NCBI GenBank assembly: GCA_964016885.1
Contig: OZ024740.1
Location: forward strand, 112,592,001 to 112,656,000
Length of the DNA stretch: 64,000 nucleotides
Direction: 5' to 3'
Source: Eledone cirrhosa
Taxonomy: Eukaryota
Part shown: positions 13,297 through 27,297 of the stretch, one piece after another
Layout: every line of letters starts with the position of its first letter
Position numbering within the stretch: position 1 is the stretch's first letter
Notes under the pieces: generated by a model
What the model was told of the DNA's origin: nothing
The model's database searches: none
What the model saw: the letters and a program-made list of their open reading frames with translations, nothing else
Made by a program: the position numbers and the translations under genes

Positions 13297-13483
13297 GGGC
13301 GGTGGATTGGCAGTATCGGTAGAGGGTCGGACGCCATGCTTTGAAGCATAGAGTTACGGCCCTTTATGGTCTGAGTTCAAATCTAGCCGGGGTTAACTTT
13401 GCCTTTCATCCTTACGGGGTCGATAAAATAAAGTACCAGTAATACACTGGGTATTTGCTGGCCTTGTGCCAAAAGTAGAAACA

Positions 13484-13485
<2 letters not shown>
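13297..13485 (+). mobile_element. tRNA-derived SINE, family 1
   Basis: Full copy of the 3820-4003 family with an (ATT)n tail. Confidence 0.9.
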
Positions 13486-13527
<42 letters not shown>

Positions 13528-13912
13528 TTATTGTTGCTACCATCATCATCATTGTCATTTCTTTCTGTTATCTACTTTTTTTGTTGTTTTCGATTATTTA
13601 TTTTTTATTTTTCTGTATTGGCATGAGTGTCTTCATTAGACCACTTGGCTTCAATTTTGGCGCTGCTCCAAAGACTTTATGCTTCTAAGCTTTTAAAATA
13701 GGTCAGTGCTGAAACTTCATCGTAGAAAATGGCAATGTTCTGTAGAGTAGTACATATTTAATTGGAGCCGATTGTAATGGTAAGGGTGTGCGTGCCTGAA
13801 TGTGTGTATGTGTGAGTATCTATTTTGCATAATATTACATGTAGGCAAATCTATGTTAATTGATGTGTATACACACACACACACATATATATATATAAAT
13901 ACATACACACAC

Positions 13913-13982
<70 letters not shown>

Positions 13983-14479
13983 GTTTATCCCGGGTTCAAT
14001 CGGGGTAACCTCCATAAGTAAGGTACTCAATATATAGCAGAGTATAAATATTTAACATATAAATGGCTTCTACAGGACTAGAACTGTTTCATACTGTCCT
14101 GTAGAAGCCATTTCTCTCTCTCGCTTTATATATATACACATATATATATACATATATATATAGATACTTATATATATATCTATATACATGTATAAATATA
14201 CTTTTATATATACACACACACACATATATATATACTATAAGGATAAGGATCAAGGATTCAGTGTTGCACCATGACATATTTAATAACATATTACATATGA
14301 AACATGTGTATTATACTCTGCTCTGCGCGAGCATCGAGTGCTCAACCGGCATACCGCCTACGGACGCAATTTTCTTGCAACTATACAACTATATATATAT
14401 ATATATATACGGGTTAATAAATAATTGTTATAGGTAGTCCACTTAAGTGTAGTCCAGTTATGGATATATATATATATAC

Positions 14480-14665
<186 letters not shown>

Positions 14666-14711
14666 ATGTGTGTGTGTGTATGTATATATATATATAAAAA
14701 TAACAGATTAA

Positions 14712-14762
14712 AGTTTAAGCAATGAATCGCTGCTTTCACCCTTAATGGGATCTTCTGAAACT
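14712..14762 (-). ncRNA. Hammerhead variant (CAGAAGA core)
   Basis: agttt-CAGAAGA-tccc attaa gggt-GAAA-gca..tgc-TT-aaact; same core at 32209-32259. Confidence 0.5.
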
Positions 14763-15801
14763 AACAAAGTCAATCTGTGAACGCAGAAGTGAATATTTCA
14801 AAAAACGTTGCAACCGGAGGAAGACAGGAAGACGATACTTTGGTTCGTGGAAACGTTCCCTGACAAAGAACGGGAAAAAACGAATATAATACGTCATTAT
14901 TTGGAGCGGTAAAAAACAATTACACGCAAAGACAAAACCACGTTTATGGTATAAAAGAAGTCGTAGACTAATATTCTATTAGATGGTTCATAGAGACGTT
15001 CTCTGTCAATAAACGGAAACAACGAAGATAATACGTCATATGTGGAGCGGGGAGAACAATTGCACGCACAGACAAAACCACGTAAATGGTATAACTGAAG
15101 TCGTAGACTAAAATTCTAACTAGGAAACCGAATGATTCTCGGCTTCAGAGTTAAGAATAAAGTAAAAAAATACAGATGTCTGAAATTAAATAAATACATA
15201 CACGCATCCAATACGTACATACACAAGCATACGCGAAAACACTCGCCATAGGTATACAAATACACGCACGTACACGAAAAAAAAAAAATAATAACAAGCA
15301 CGCACATACAGAACCGACGCAACGCCTGTATCCGCACGCATACGAATGAATACACCAAATATACATAAAATATATATATAAAAAAAATATATATATATAC
15401 ATATGTGTGTGCGTGTATACATATAATTAAATAAACGTATATAAATATTTAAATACGTATATAACAAGCGCACACACATACCTACATGTAAATACACATA
15501 TGTTCGGAGACGTACGTCAGCCAAAACACAAAGTACACATATACACACACCCTACATACGTACGAACCCGCATACACACACAGACGCAAAACTCCAGTAT
15601 ACACATAACCAAAGTATATGTACCAGAATATATAATATATACACCTTAACATATACAATCAAATATACGTACGAGAAACTAAACGTACCTACACAAAACA
15701 TACAGGTAATATATACTTACCTATACAAATAAGTAATGGTATAAACATAACATATACTTAGCTACCACATCAAGACGTAAAATATGCGCGTATAGTTCGA
15801 A

Positions 15802-17803
15802 CTATCCGTTAGGGTATAATGTGGGGCTGTAATACAGGAAAGTTTTGTGCAATTTATCTTTACAAGCCGAAATTGCCTCAGATTTTTTGTTTAAGATGTG
15901 GTCTTTGGCGTAGAGTATTTCCAGGGCCTCAGCGGCGCAGAGGTCACATGGTCTTTTATTTCCGTTATACGATGTAGCCCTAGCTAGGATTTCCCAGTGC
16001 AACTTATATTGGGTGTGGCTGTCTTTTAGACTCCAGATATAAGCTGAAAGTGACGTCATATTCCTTCTTAAAGGGTAACGAAAAGAATGGTTGTGCATGT
16101 AAAGACGCTGCTTGAATCTATTGGCGGTTAACCCTATGTAGGCCCAACGGGACTTGGGTGTTTCAACCTTACATTTGTAGACAATGTTACTAGAGAGGCA
16201 TTCCCGGATAGGGGGCAGTCAACCCGATTCCTACAATTACAGTTAGTACTAACTACACCTGTTCCTACGGCTAGGAAGTTTAGCTAAATTTGAAGCTGTG
16301 ATGTTATGTGCAAGGTTAGGAGTCGTAGAGTAAGAAATTTTAATAGTATTTCTATTAAAAATGTTACTATATTTATGTATAGGGGGAAAATGCTTCGTAA
16401 TAAGGGAGAGAACGATTTTTGCTAATGGTGTGGGCACCTCCATATTATATGGTGGGTTATACCATATAATGCGTCGGGATCTATTTCTTCTAGGTCTATT
16501 CTCGTACTCTGTATAAGCTACCTTATCGACAAATCCATTCCGAGCAAGAGCTTCATTGTAATATGTGGAATGGTTGTTGAAAATATGCTCGTTAGTAGAT
16601 AGACGGGAAAGCCTCAAAGAAACGTTTCTTACCAGGTTCTTGGTTATGCTGGCAGGATGGTAAGAATGCTTACTTATGTAATTAAGCGTATCATTCGGCT
16701 TTCTATACGGGTAATGCAAGCCATTCAATAAATTGAGAGTAACGTCGAGGTAATTAACGACCGAGAGGTTGGCCCCAACCTGTATGGAGAGGTTGAAACC
16801 TTTAAAGAAGGCTGTGAGTTCTTTTCTGAACCTGTCACAAGCACGTGGGCCGCACTTAGTCACGGTCAAAAGACCATCATCACGGTACAAACCACCGCTC
16901 ACGTTGGGGAATTCTTCCTTGATAGAGGAAAGAAGGAAAAGGCCGATAAGATCAGTAACCTCCGCAGAATCGCTGGCGCCCATACTCACGTCGAATGGGG
17001 TACTATTAGATTTTTTAATCCAAATAGAGTCGTCGAAATTAATCACCGACTTACGGGCATTGAGGATGACATCAACTTCGAAATCCTTAACCACTGTGAG
17101 TGTTTTAGCGAAATTGATAGCTCTAAGGAAAAATAAGTAAAGTGATGGAGGAGTAGTAATTATTGATGTCGAATTGGATAAAACGGCAATGTTGCTTGTT
17201 GCATATGCCGTTGAACCAATCAATCACCGCGAAAGAATTGTTCCGCAGTGCAAGAGGGGCCAAACTTCTAATTTCAGCTATAATTCTATCAAGAATCCTT
17301 TTACTAAGTCTACCTAAATCGGACTTCGTAGGGTTAATAAGCCGAATAGAAGGGTTGTTCGGAAAATTGGATTCAGGGTAAAGTGGGGAGAAATAGGGTC
17401 CAGAGGTTCGGTCCGGTCCAGGATGTTGAGATCAGAGGTGATTTTAAACCCAGCATCGTTGATTTCATTAATGACGCTCCGATTAGTTTTACGGTAATCT
17501 TTAGTTACAGCATTATGTAGCAGTTGATGGTAAGTACTGCGCTCCACTTGATATAGATTGCCAGTTTTGTCGGAATGGACGTGCGCGGCATTAGAATCCT
17601 TAATAGAACGAATTCTATTCTTCAGGTCCTGCGGGAAGGAATTGCTCCTATTCCGAAATTTATACTCCGTATGAGTTCCAAGACATCATTTTAGAAGGGT
17701 AGCAATGCTGGGTTACTCGGAGGGTTATTATAGGTTTTAAACCCAAATTTATCCTGTTTGTTGTCTGCTTTTCCCAGATTATAGAAATAAAAGGCACGCC
17801 AAC

Positions 17804-17804
<1 letters not shown>
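15802..17804 (-). pseudogene. Penelope-like RT + GIY-YIG ORF with frameshifts
   Basis: RWRAFYF, SDKTGNLY, FDVSMGASDSAEVTDLIG, GLYRDDGL, YLDVTLNL, WYNPPY, CNCRNRVDCP, YIGLTANRFKQR, CDLC..E. Confidence 0.9.
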
Positions 17805-17838
<34 letters not shown>

Positions 17839-17848
17839 CGTTATTTTA

Positions 17849-18320
<472 letters not shown>

Positions 18321-18434
18321 CCAGCTCTGCGCGCCTAACTTCTGCATGAACCCAGCCACCTAGCTGCTTTCCACTGCATATTGCACATGCCTTTACGCTT
18401 TGGCTTCTAACTAATTCACCAATCTCTCCTCTCC

Positions 18435-18465
<31 letters not shown>

Positions 18466-18629
18466 AGTTATTCCGGGTTGAATCGGAGGTAACCACAGTA
18501 AGTAAGGTACTCAATACATAGCAGAGTATAACATTTTTAATTTAATATAGATGAGATTCTACAGGACTAGAACTGTTTATTCTTTAGAAATCATCATGAA
18601 TCTGGACATCTATATTAATATATTAAAAC

Positions 18630-18724
<95 letters not shown>

Positions 18725-19327
18725 CTATACTTTAGAAGGGCCATGCTGCCAATGAAATCTCACGCACATGTTGGTTTTCACTTTAATTGATTTCAAATTT
18801 CCAGTTGTTTGGTTTAATAACCGGATTATTTATTTATTGTCAAAGCTCTTTCGTCACACATTCTGCGAGTTCCTCAATGATTAATTTGTTTGTTATTATG
18901 AGTCTCTTCTTTTGCCTGTCCAACACCATCTATGGTCTAGGACAGAACAAATTAGTAACTGAGGAGGTCATAGAATGCGTGACGAAAGCGGGTTGACAAT
19001 AACTAAACAACCGGTTTTAAAGCAATCAACTGGAAATACAAGGATGAAAAAGAACACAAAGTAGGGGTTACATTGAGTAAAAAGAAGGGGATATCAACAA
19101 AGGGAAGGTAGTAGATATAACAATAACACTAACTGTAATGACTGTTCTACTATGACGTCATAAGTGAAATATATGAAATTGTCTCAGCCAGGAGTTGGGA
19201 CCTCCCCGCAAACTAATCAGGTTGACTGAGATGATATCAATTATTGGCAAAGCTTGCCTCTTGGTCTTTAACACCCTAGGCTAGCTCTACAATGTGCGCT
19301 TGATTCTCCCCCTCCTCCATTATATGA

Positions 19328-19512
19328 TGGATTAGCAGTATCGGTAGAGGGTCTGACGCCATGCTTTGCAGCAAAGAGTTACGGCCCTTTATGGTCTCAG
19401 TTCAAATCCCGCCGAGGTTAACTTTGCCTTTCATCCTTACGGGGTCGATAAAATAAAGTACCAGTAATACATTGGAATATTTGCTGGCCTTGTGCCAAAA
19501 GTAGAAACAATT
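19328..19512 (+). mobile_element. tRNA-derived SINE, family 1
   Basis: Matches family consensus; partial copy also at 19985-20132. Confidence 0.85.
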
Positions 19513-20756
19513 ATATAACATTAAAAACATTACAAGGCCTGCATTTTTTTACTGCACAGTTCACACTCATTTATGGCAAATCGTGTTATCGGGCATAACA
19601 CCGTATTACCTTTTCCACCTCTTTGGATATTTCCACAACGTTGCTACGTGTTTAAACATTTTTAGCGATATATTTATTGATCGCAGTAAATTGCTGTATA
19701 TTTTAGTTGACACCGCCGCACCCTAGGCCCAGAGCCCATCGCCCACCCCTTCCTCTCCCATTCTTCTGTGACCCTATGGCCCTTTCCTTTCCCTTCTCTT
19801 TTCGTATTTATTTAAGAATATTTGTATTTATATTTGATTAAATCAAATTGTTGGTTATATTTATAGTTAATTATACAAATTTGTATAAAGCTGTGATCCT
19901 TTAAGGTTCAGTAATGCGGTGTATGTTGCTGCCTAGTTGGACTTAATGGTAGCGTTGGTCCTGCTTGTGGGCATTATATACCATGTTCTGAGTTCAAATC
20001 CCGCCGAAGTTAACTTTGCCTTTCATCCTTACGGGATCGATAAAATAAAGTACCAGTAAAATACTGGGGTCGATTTAATGGATTTGTCCTTCACCAAAAA
20101 ATTGCTGGCCTTGTGCCTATAGTAGAAATCATTATATACCATGCATATTCGCCAGTAAGCATACATCACGTCAACATCACTACTATCAATACCACTACGA
20201 ATGAAACCATTACTACCACTAACACCACTACTACTACCATCACCACTTTCAATAACACCACTACTACCATTAACACAACTAGCCCTATCCCCCAACTCCA
20301 CTACCAATAACCCCCACCGCCAGCATCACTATCACCCCGCCTCAACTTTGTTGGCGGCATTCTACTGTGAACACAGCATAGCTTCAGTGAACATATAACA
20401 TGTATTAGTGAAGGTAATTTTTCATAACAAGAGATTCCGAATGACATAAACGTTGATTAAGGTCAACTTGATATGAAATAGGGGGCCAGTCAGTGGCAGA
20501 GGGAATGTTGTGTAATTACATGGCAGTAGGATGCCAAGGGGGTTAATAGGGATATCTGGGGCACCCATTTATTATTATTTTTACGACAGGTATCAAACCT
20601 TCTCTGACTCACGTAATTTACATCTTAACTTTTATATTCCTCCTCCTCCACCTCCTCCCCGCTTTCTTATTACCATTCTATCTAGCCTTCTATCCTGTCT
20701 TGCTATCATTCTCTCTCTCTTTCTTTGTTTTTAATTTTCTCTCTCTCCCTCACCCA

Positions 20757-20879
<123 letters not shown>

Positions 20880-21213
20880 CATATATACATATACATTTAC
20901 ACACACACACACACATATATATATCTATATATATATATATATATCTTTGTTTTCATCTTTCTCTTTATTTTCTTTCTCTAACCTTTTCTCTCTTTCGTTG
21001 TCACTATCTCACCCCCCCTCTCTCTATTCTTCTCTATCATCTTTACTGTTTATCTCTCTCCTCTCTCTTTATCTTTCACTATCTCACTCACTTCAGTTTA
21101 CTTGTTAACACAACTTTGCTAAACTCCCACAATCTATCATATGATCGATATCAATTAATTAGTACTTCTTACTTCTTACTCCCGAAGAGACTTTATGTCT
21201 GCCGCCCACTCTG

Positions 21214-21356
<143 letters not shown>

Positions 21357-21571
21357 CGTTTCTGAATTTGTTTAGCAAGATTCTTTATCTGAAATCGTGT
21401 GTTGAAACCGATATTGTTATACTTTGGGAGGGTCATGTTGCCAATAAGAAACACACGCACCAGTTGCTTTCACTTCAATTTAATTTAATATATATTTATA
21501 AATTTACAAATTTATAAATTTCTGGTTGGTTGGTTGGTTCCACAACCAGATAGTTGTTTATATATATATAT

Positions 21572-21616
21572 AGTCATAGTTCTTTCGTCACACACTCTGT
21601 GACCTCTTCAGTGACT
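21572..21616 (-). ncRNA. Minimal type I hammerhead motif
   Basis: Reverse complement of 21745-21789. Confidence 0.7.
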
Positions 21617-21744
21617 GGGGATTTCTTTCTTCGTTTCTGTGCCTTTCCTTTCTTCTATCCTACGCCATTTTGTTTGGCGTAGGATAGAAGAAATGGCGTA
21701 GGATAGAAGAAAGGAAAGGCACAGAAACGAAGAAAGAAATCCCC

Positions 21745-21789
21745 AGTCACTGAAGAGGTCACAGAGTGTGTGACGAAAGAACTATGACT
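21745..21789 (+). ncRNA. Minimal type I hammerhead motif
   Basis: agtca-CTGAAGA-g-gtcaca gagtg tgtgac-GAAA-gaac-TA-tgact. Confidence 0.7.
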
Positions 21790-22570
21790 ATATATATATA
21801 TAAACAACTATCTGGTTGTGGAACCAACCAACCAACCAGAAATTTATAAATTTGTAAATTTATAAATATATATTAAATTAAATTGAAGTGAAAGCAACTG
21901 GTGCGTGTGTTTCTTATTGGCAACATGACCCTCCCAAAGTATAACAATATATATATATATATATATATAAACAAGGTTTACACACACACACACACACACA
22001 CATATTTGTCTTAATAGGCACCTGAACTGTTGACCTTTCAACATGACTGCAATTCACACACACATCCCTACTGACCATTATCACAACAATGAACCTCTTT
22101 ACTACACACACACATATTTGTCTTAAAAGACTTATTTTTCAGTGACTTCTCAATCAGGCGAAAAAGGACGCTCTTCGACAAACCTACGTTTGGCGCAAAA
22201 TCAATTTTTAACATTCACGTGACCTCTACCGACCAATCAAAATTGTTTTGACCACAAGAATTTTTGCAACACGAATTGGCGCGAAACTTATTTTAATACC
22301 TCTGGAGCCACTTTTTTCACATAAAACAGGTAGTATTTCCAAAACTAATCAGATTAGAGCAAACATCACGGGCGCTCTATCTCAAAATTACTTTTGAAAA
22401 CCATTAGAAATGCGCAACCGGTAAAAACTTAAAACTAAAACTGAATACTAACCAATACTTATTACTAATTTTTACTTATTCCTAATTAAACTATTTTTCA
22501 CTGGGAACAATTTGTCAGCATTTTCTTTTCCTTTTACCAATACATCACAACTCGTGTGTTACACCTCTAT

Positions 22571-22668
<98 letters not shown>

Positions 22669-22791
22669 ATATGTATATATATATATGTATATATTTACGT
22701 ATGTGTGTCTCAGCATTCTTACTTATGTACATGTACAGAAAACACATGCATCTTTCCGTATGTAAGTGTGTATGTATGTATGTATATAAAT

Positions 22792-23310
22792 TGAAGACGT
22801 GTGGCGTAGTAGTTAGTGGGCTGGGATCATGATCATCAGGTCGTCAGTTCGATTACCGGATCGAACGGAGAGTTTTGTCCTTGAGCAAGAAACTATATCT
22901 CACGATACTTCAGTCTACTGAGCTGGCAAAAATGAGTTGTACCTGTATAGTTCATGGGACCAGCCTTGGTACACCTTGCGGCACACTGAATCTCATTGAG
23001 AATTATATTAATGGTACACCTGTCTGTGAAATGTTAATTTCACGAAGTGGATTGACAGTATCGGTAGAGAGTCGGACGCCATGCTTTGACGCATAGAGTT
23101 ACGTCCCTTTATGGTCTGCGTTCAAATCCCGCCGAGGTTAACTTTGCCTTTCATCCTTACGGGATCGATAAAATAAAGTACCAGTAATACACTGGGTAAT
23201 TTGCTGGCTTTGTGCCAAAAGTAGAAACAGTTAATTTCACGAACAGGCAGTTCCACTGAATGAATCAACTGGAGCACTCATTGTCGAAACGACGGAGGTC
23301 CAATAACAAC
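22792..23310 (+). mobile_element. SINE family 2 interrupted by a family 1 SINE
   Basis: A/B boxes TGGCGTAGTAG...AGTTCGATT; nested SINE 23047-23229 flanked by duplicated gttaatttcacgaa. Confidence 0.8.
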
Positions 23311-23451
23311 GTTTTATGTATATATATATATTTAAATTTTGAAGACCAACACAATGCGTATGGAGAATGCTAAATTGTCAAGATAACAAAAGAATCTTAC
23401 ATATATATATATAAAGAAGAAATTAAAAGATGGTTAAAAGAGTTCCATATA

Positions 23452-23517
23452 TTTTATTATGCGCATTTCGAATACAAAATCATCCTGGGACAAAAATTGT
23501 GTTCTCATCAGATAAAA
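23452..23517 (-). ncRNA. Type I hammerhead ribozyme motif at the 3' end of PLE C
   Basis: ttttat-CTGATGA-gaacacaa...ttgtattc-GAAA-tgcgca-TA-ataaaa; palindromic stem III. Confidence 0.78.
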
Positions 23518-23695
23518 CAAGGTAACATGATATGATGCATAATAGCACTTGTTTACAGGAAAGTGCTAAGTCTACATATGACAGAAATATAAGTGTTAAT
23601 ACTATAGTAAGAAATAGATAGGAAAATAGAAGAAAAGGAAAGAAGAGGAGAAAAAAGAAAAAGAAAGAGAAGAAAGGAAAAAAGGAAAAAAAGGA

Positions 23696-23821
<126 letters not shown>

Positions 23822-24367
23822 TTGATCAGGAACGCTGTCAAAATGAAAACAGCTGTTAATAACAGTTAAAAAGTAAATTGATGAGGTGTATGTGCGAATA
23901 TTATAGACGGTATTCAAATATTAGAGGTCTAAAATATAGAAACTGGGTATATTATTTTATATTAGGTTTAAATACTAAAAATTGGATTAAGAAGTTTAAA
24001 AATGTATTAATAAAATAAAATAAATCTAAAAAAAATTTTTTACAAAATAAAATAAAAATAAAAATAGTCTATCTATGTCAAAATTAATAATTTCTAGTAA
24101 AAATCTATATATGTGGGGTATACTATTTAATTTTTATTTTATATCAACAAGTAAATAAAGGAAATTGCTAGAATGATGTATAAACGTAGAAAAACATATG
24201 ACGTCATAATTTGTTTACAAAATCTACGAAGGTTTGAGCGAAAATCTAGGGCTATAAAAAAAAGATCAAAGGCTTAATATATGATGAGAAAACCAAATTA
24301 ATACATTGTAGAATATAATGAAAGATGTGTAAAGATAACCGTGACACGTGGAATATGTTATAGGACA

Positions 24368-26150
24368 TCAGCTATATACTTTGTGAAAGGTCTTGTAGGA
24401 TTTATGATTACAAAATCCAAATAAATCAGTTCTTCGATTTATTATTGTGTTGAAATTCGAGATAATGGTAAATTTTTCAACTAGACATAAATTACAAACA
24501 CGAGATATGGAAGCATTGGAGTATGGAGATGCGTTGTAGATTTTACGCCAAGAAATTTCGTAATTTATGTGTTTGTCTTTTAAGGACCAAATAAGTTCTG
24601 AGAATGCGGTGCTGGTCCTTTTAAGTGGAGATTTAAATGTAGAAGAATGATTATAGAATCTTGCTTTAAAGGAGGTAGAAGTAGAGCGAATGTAGGTATA
24701 GGTATTGGTACTAGTTACCACTTTACATTCGTATACTAGGTTTTTATCGAGACAGAAATGACTAAGAGGACAATTAGTTCTAATAGGGCAGTTGCATTTA
24801 CGATTAAGATTATTTACAGAGTTATTAGCAAGTGGCCCAGGATTAATTATATTAGGAACTGGAGTGGTGGAATTAACTAAAGGAGGTGCTAAAGTTTCCA
24901 GATTTACATTACTATTTGATGCATTCCTCAAAGTTACGTTTGACGTCGTATTTATACTTGTGTTATTTTGCCTAGAGTTTACATTGACGTCGGGCCTTGT
25001 GTTATTATTATGACGCTCATGGTTGGATGCATATGAGTTATTATTTAATATTTTAGAATTATGTCTTGAGATAATTTTAGAAATGTTTAAAGTAGTAGAA
25101 TACGAGAATTTAATAGTATGCCTATTGAAAATCTTGCTATATATATGTGAAGGAGGGAAGCTGTTATGTAATGCCCTAAAAATAATTTAGGGATATTATT
25201 AATAATGGAAAGAGAGAAGGGAGCGTTGTACCAAAGAACATTTTTATATCTAGTCTCCCCCTTTTGTTAGCAGATTATTACTAGCTACATTACTAGAGTT
25301 ATTATAAGCTCTGCCAATATTAAGTTCTTTAGTATACCTAATTTTGTCTAGATATCCAGCCCTAGATAACGCATTATTATAATAGTTGGTATTAGCTTCG
25401 AAAATATCTTTATTAGAGGATAAATTAGAAATTCTTTTTTCTACACTTTTGACTATAGCAGTTTTAACATTATTAGGGTAGCTAGATTTAAAGTTAACGT
25501 AATTTAGGTTCTCATTACCCTTATGATATGGGTAATATAAGCCGGTATCTAGATTAAGGGATATATCAAGGAAATTTGCTAGTTTATCATTATTCTCGAA
25601 TTCAATTTTTAAGTTAAGATGCTTAAATAGATCAAGTATATTTTTCTTAATTATATTAAAGTTTACATTGTTACAATTAGAAACAGTAAAGAGAGCATCA
25701 TCATGATACATCCCACCGCAAAGTTGGGGAATTTTCCGGTTTAAAGAATTCAAGATGAAAATTCCAACTAAGTCGGTCAGTTGAGCTGAATCCGACGAAC
25801 CCATGGTGATGTCAAAATTGTTGGAAGTATCCGCCCATTCTTAAATTCCAAGATGGTTTTCCTAGCGGTGAGAATGATGTTTATTTCTTCACTAGTAATG
25901 TCCGTATATTTTAACGCACATGAGAGAGCCTTGTTTAGGAGTGAAGGAGAAATAGAAGAGTAGTAGCTAGCGATGTCTAATTGAATAATTTTCAGTTTGT
26001 TTTTATTTTTTAGGTCGTTGAACCAGTCTATTACTTCAGATGAACCCAAACATAAATAGTTGAGATTTATACGTAACCTGTGGGGCAATTCTATCCAAGA
26101 TGGATTTACTAACAACCCCTAGGTCAGATTTAGAAGGGGCAATTAGAAGG
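24368..26150 (-). pseudogene. Penelope-like RT + GIY-YIG ORF, disrupted
   Basis: LDIASYYSSI, MGSSDSAQLTDLVG, GMYHDDAL, FLDISLNL, CNCPIRTNCPL..FC, LVY..YIRSTSTSFKARFYNH, CNLCLVEK. Confidence 0.88.
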
Positions 26151-26152
26151 GG

Positions 26153-26218
<66 letters not shown>

Positions 26219-26223
<5 letters not shown>

Positions 26224-26803
26224 ATAAAATATGGAGAAAAATACTGCAGGTAGCGCATGGATAACGTGTAATAAAATGAGTCCCTCATCAGTGATTTGCC
26301 GACGATCATAGATATTTCATTGCATTAAAAATCATATACCTTACGTCGGTGCAATAATAACTAAAATAAGTTATTAGGACAATTAAAACGCGTAAAGCGA
26401 GTGAGACAGGAGAACAACAAAGAGTATAACTAACCGTAGGGGAATGAAACAAGCTTCATAATTATTATGTTTTGCATAAGCTAGGTGAATATATGAGCGC
26501 TTTAGAAAAAAGACCTTACACGAACGAGGGCCATGTGAGAAGAGAGAAAATATAGCTTTCGTCGTGTACAGGATGAAGCGAAGAGAGGAGAAACAGTGAG
26601 TGAGTGAAAGTGTGAGGAAGAGCTAACTGACATGACAGAGGGGGCGAAAGAAAGTAGGAGAAACAGAGAGAATGGGGGAACAGTAAGAGAGAGAGAGAGA
26701 AAAACACAGAATCGCAGTTTGGGTAAATATATGTAATAAAATATGGAGAAAAATACTGCAGGTAGCGCATGGATAACACGTAATAAAATGAGTCCCTCAT
26801 CAG
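26219..26803. repeat. Short element with ~75-bp terminal direct repeats between TA tracts
   Basis: 26219-26292 recurs at 26731-26803; family also at 31140-31253. Confidence 0.7.
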
Positions 26804-26887
<84 letters not shown>

Positions 26888-27022
26888 AAGTTAAATAAAA
26901 GTCAAATATGACTCCAGTTCCTCAGTGAATTAACAACCCAATAAGGAACTGGGCATATCAGAGTATTGACAATATTATACACCTAAACAACATATGTACT
27001 TGTCTATACCATACTAATTCAA

Positions 27023-27077
27023 ACTGCCTGAAGAGGTCACAGCCAAAGATGGCTGTCACTGAAATATATATAGCAGT
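27023..27077 (+). ncRNA. Type I hammerhead ribozyme motif
   Basis: actgc-CTGAAGA-ggtc acagcca aaga tggctgt cact-GAAA-tatata-TA-gcagt. Confidence 0.8.
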
Positions 27078-27219
27078 AATAAACGAAGCTAAATTTTAAT
27101 CATTTGACTTTTATTTAACTTTATTTTACACTACTCCGGAGTAACCAAACCAACCTGCGCACTTCGTCGAGTGCTCCAGCCTGCATACTGAGATGTTGGT
27201 ATACAACCAACATAAACTC

Positions 27220-27297
<78 letters not shown>

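Larger units (their letters stand above)
14696..17804 (-). mobile_element. Penelope-like element B
   Basis: RT/GIY-YIG coding remnant, ~1.1-kb 3' UTR, hammerhead variant at the 3' end, TA tracts at both ends; close paralog at 32099-34556. Confidence 0.9.
21411..21950. repeat. Fold-back (near-perfect palindromic) PLE terminus with two hammerheads
   Basis: Arms are reverse complements around ~21665-21695; family also at 18730-19030 and 39100-39553. Confidence 0.85.

Noticed and set aside
13297-13390. A/B boxes as tRNA genes
   Set aside because: They are SINE heads; no cloverleaf can be formed
26280-26325. Minus-strand GAAA...CTGATGA as a permuted (type II) hammerhead, also at 31195-31240
   Set aside because: No stem II pairing and no valid stem III/UH register could be drawn
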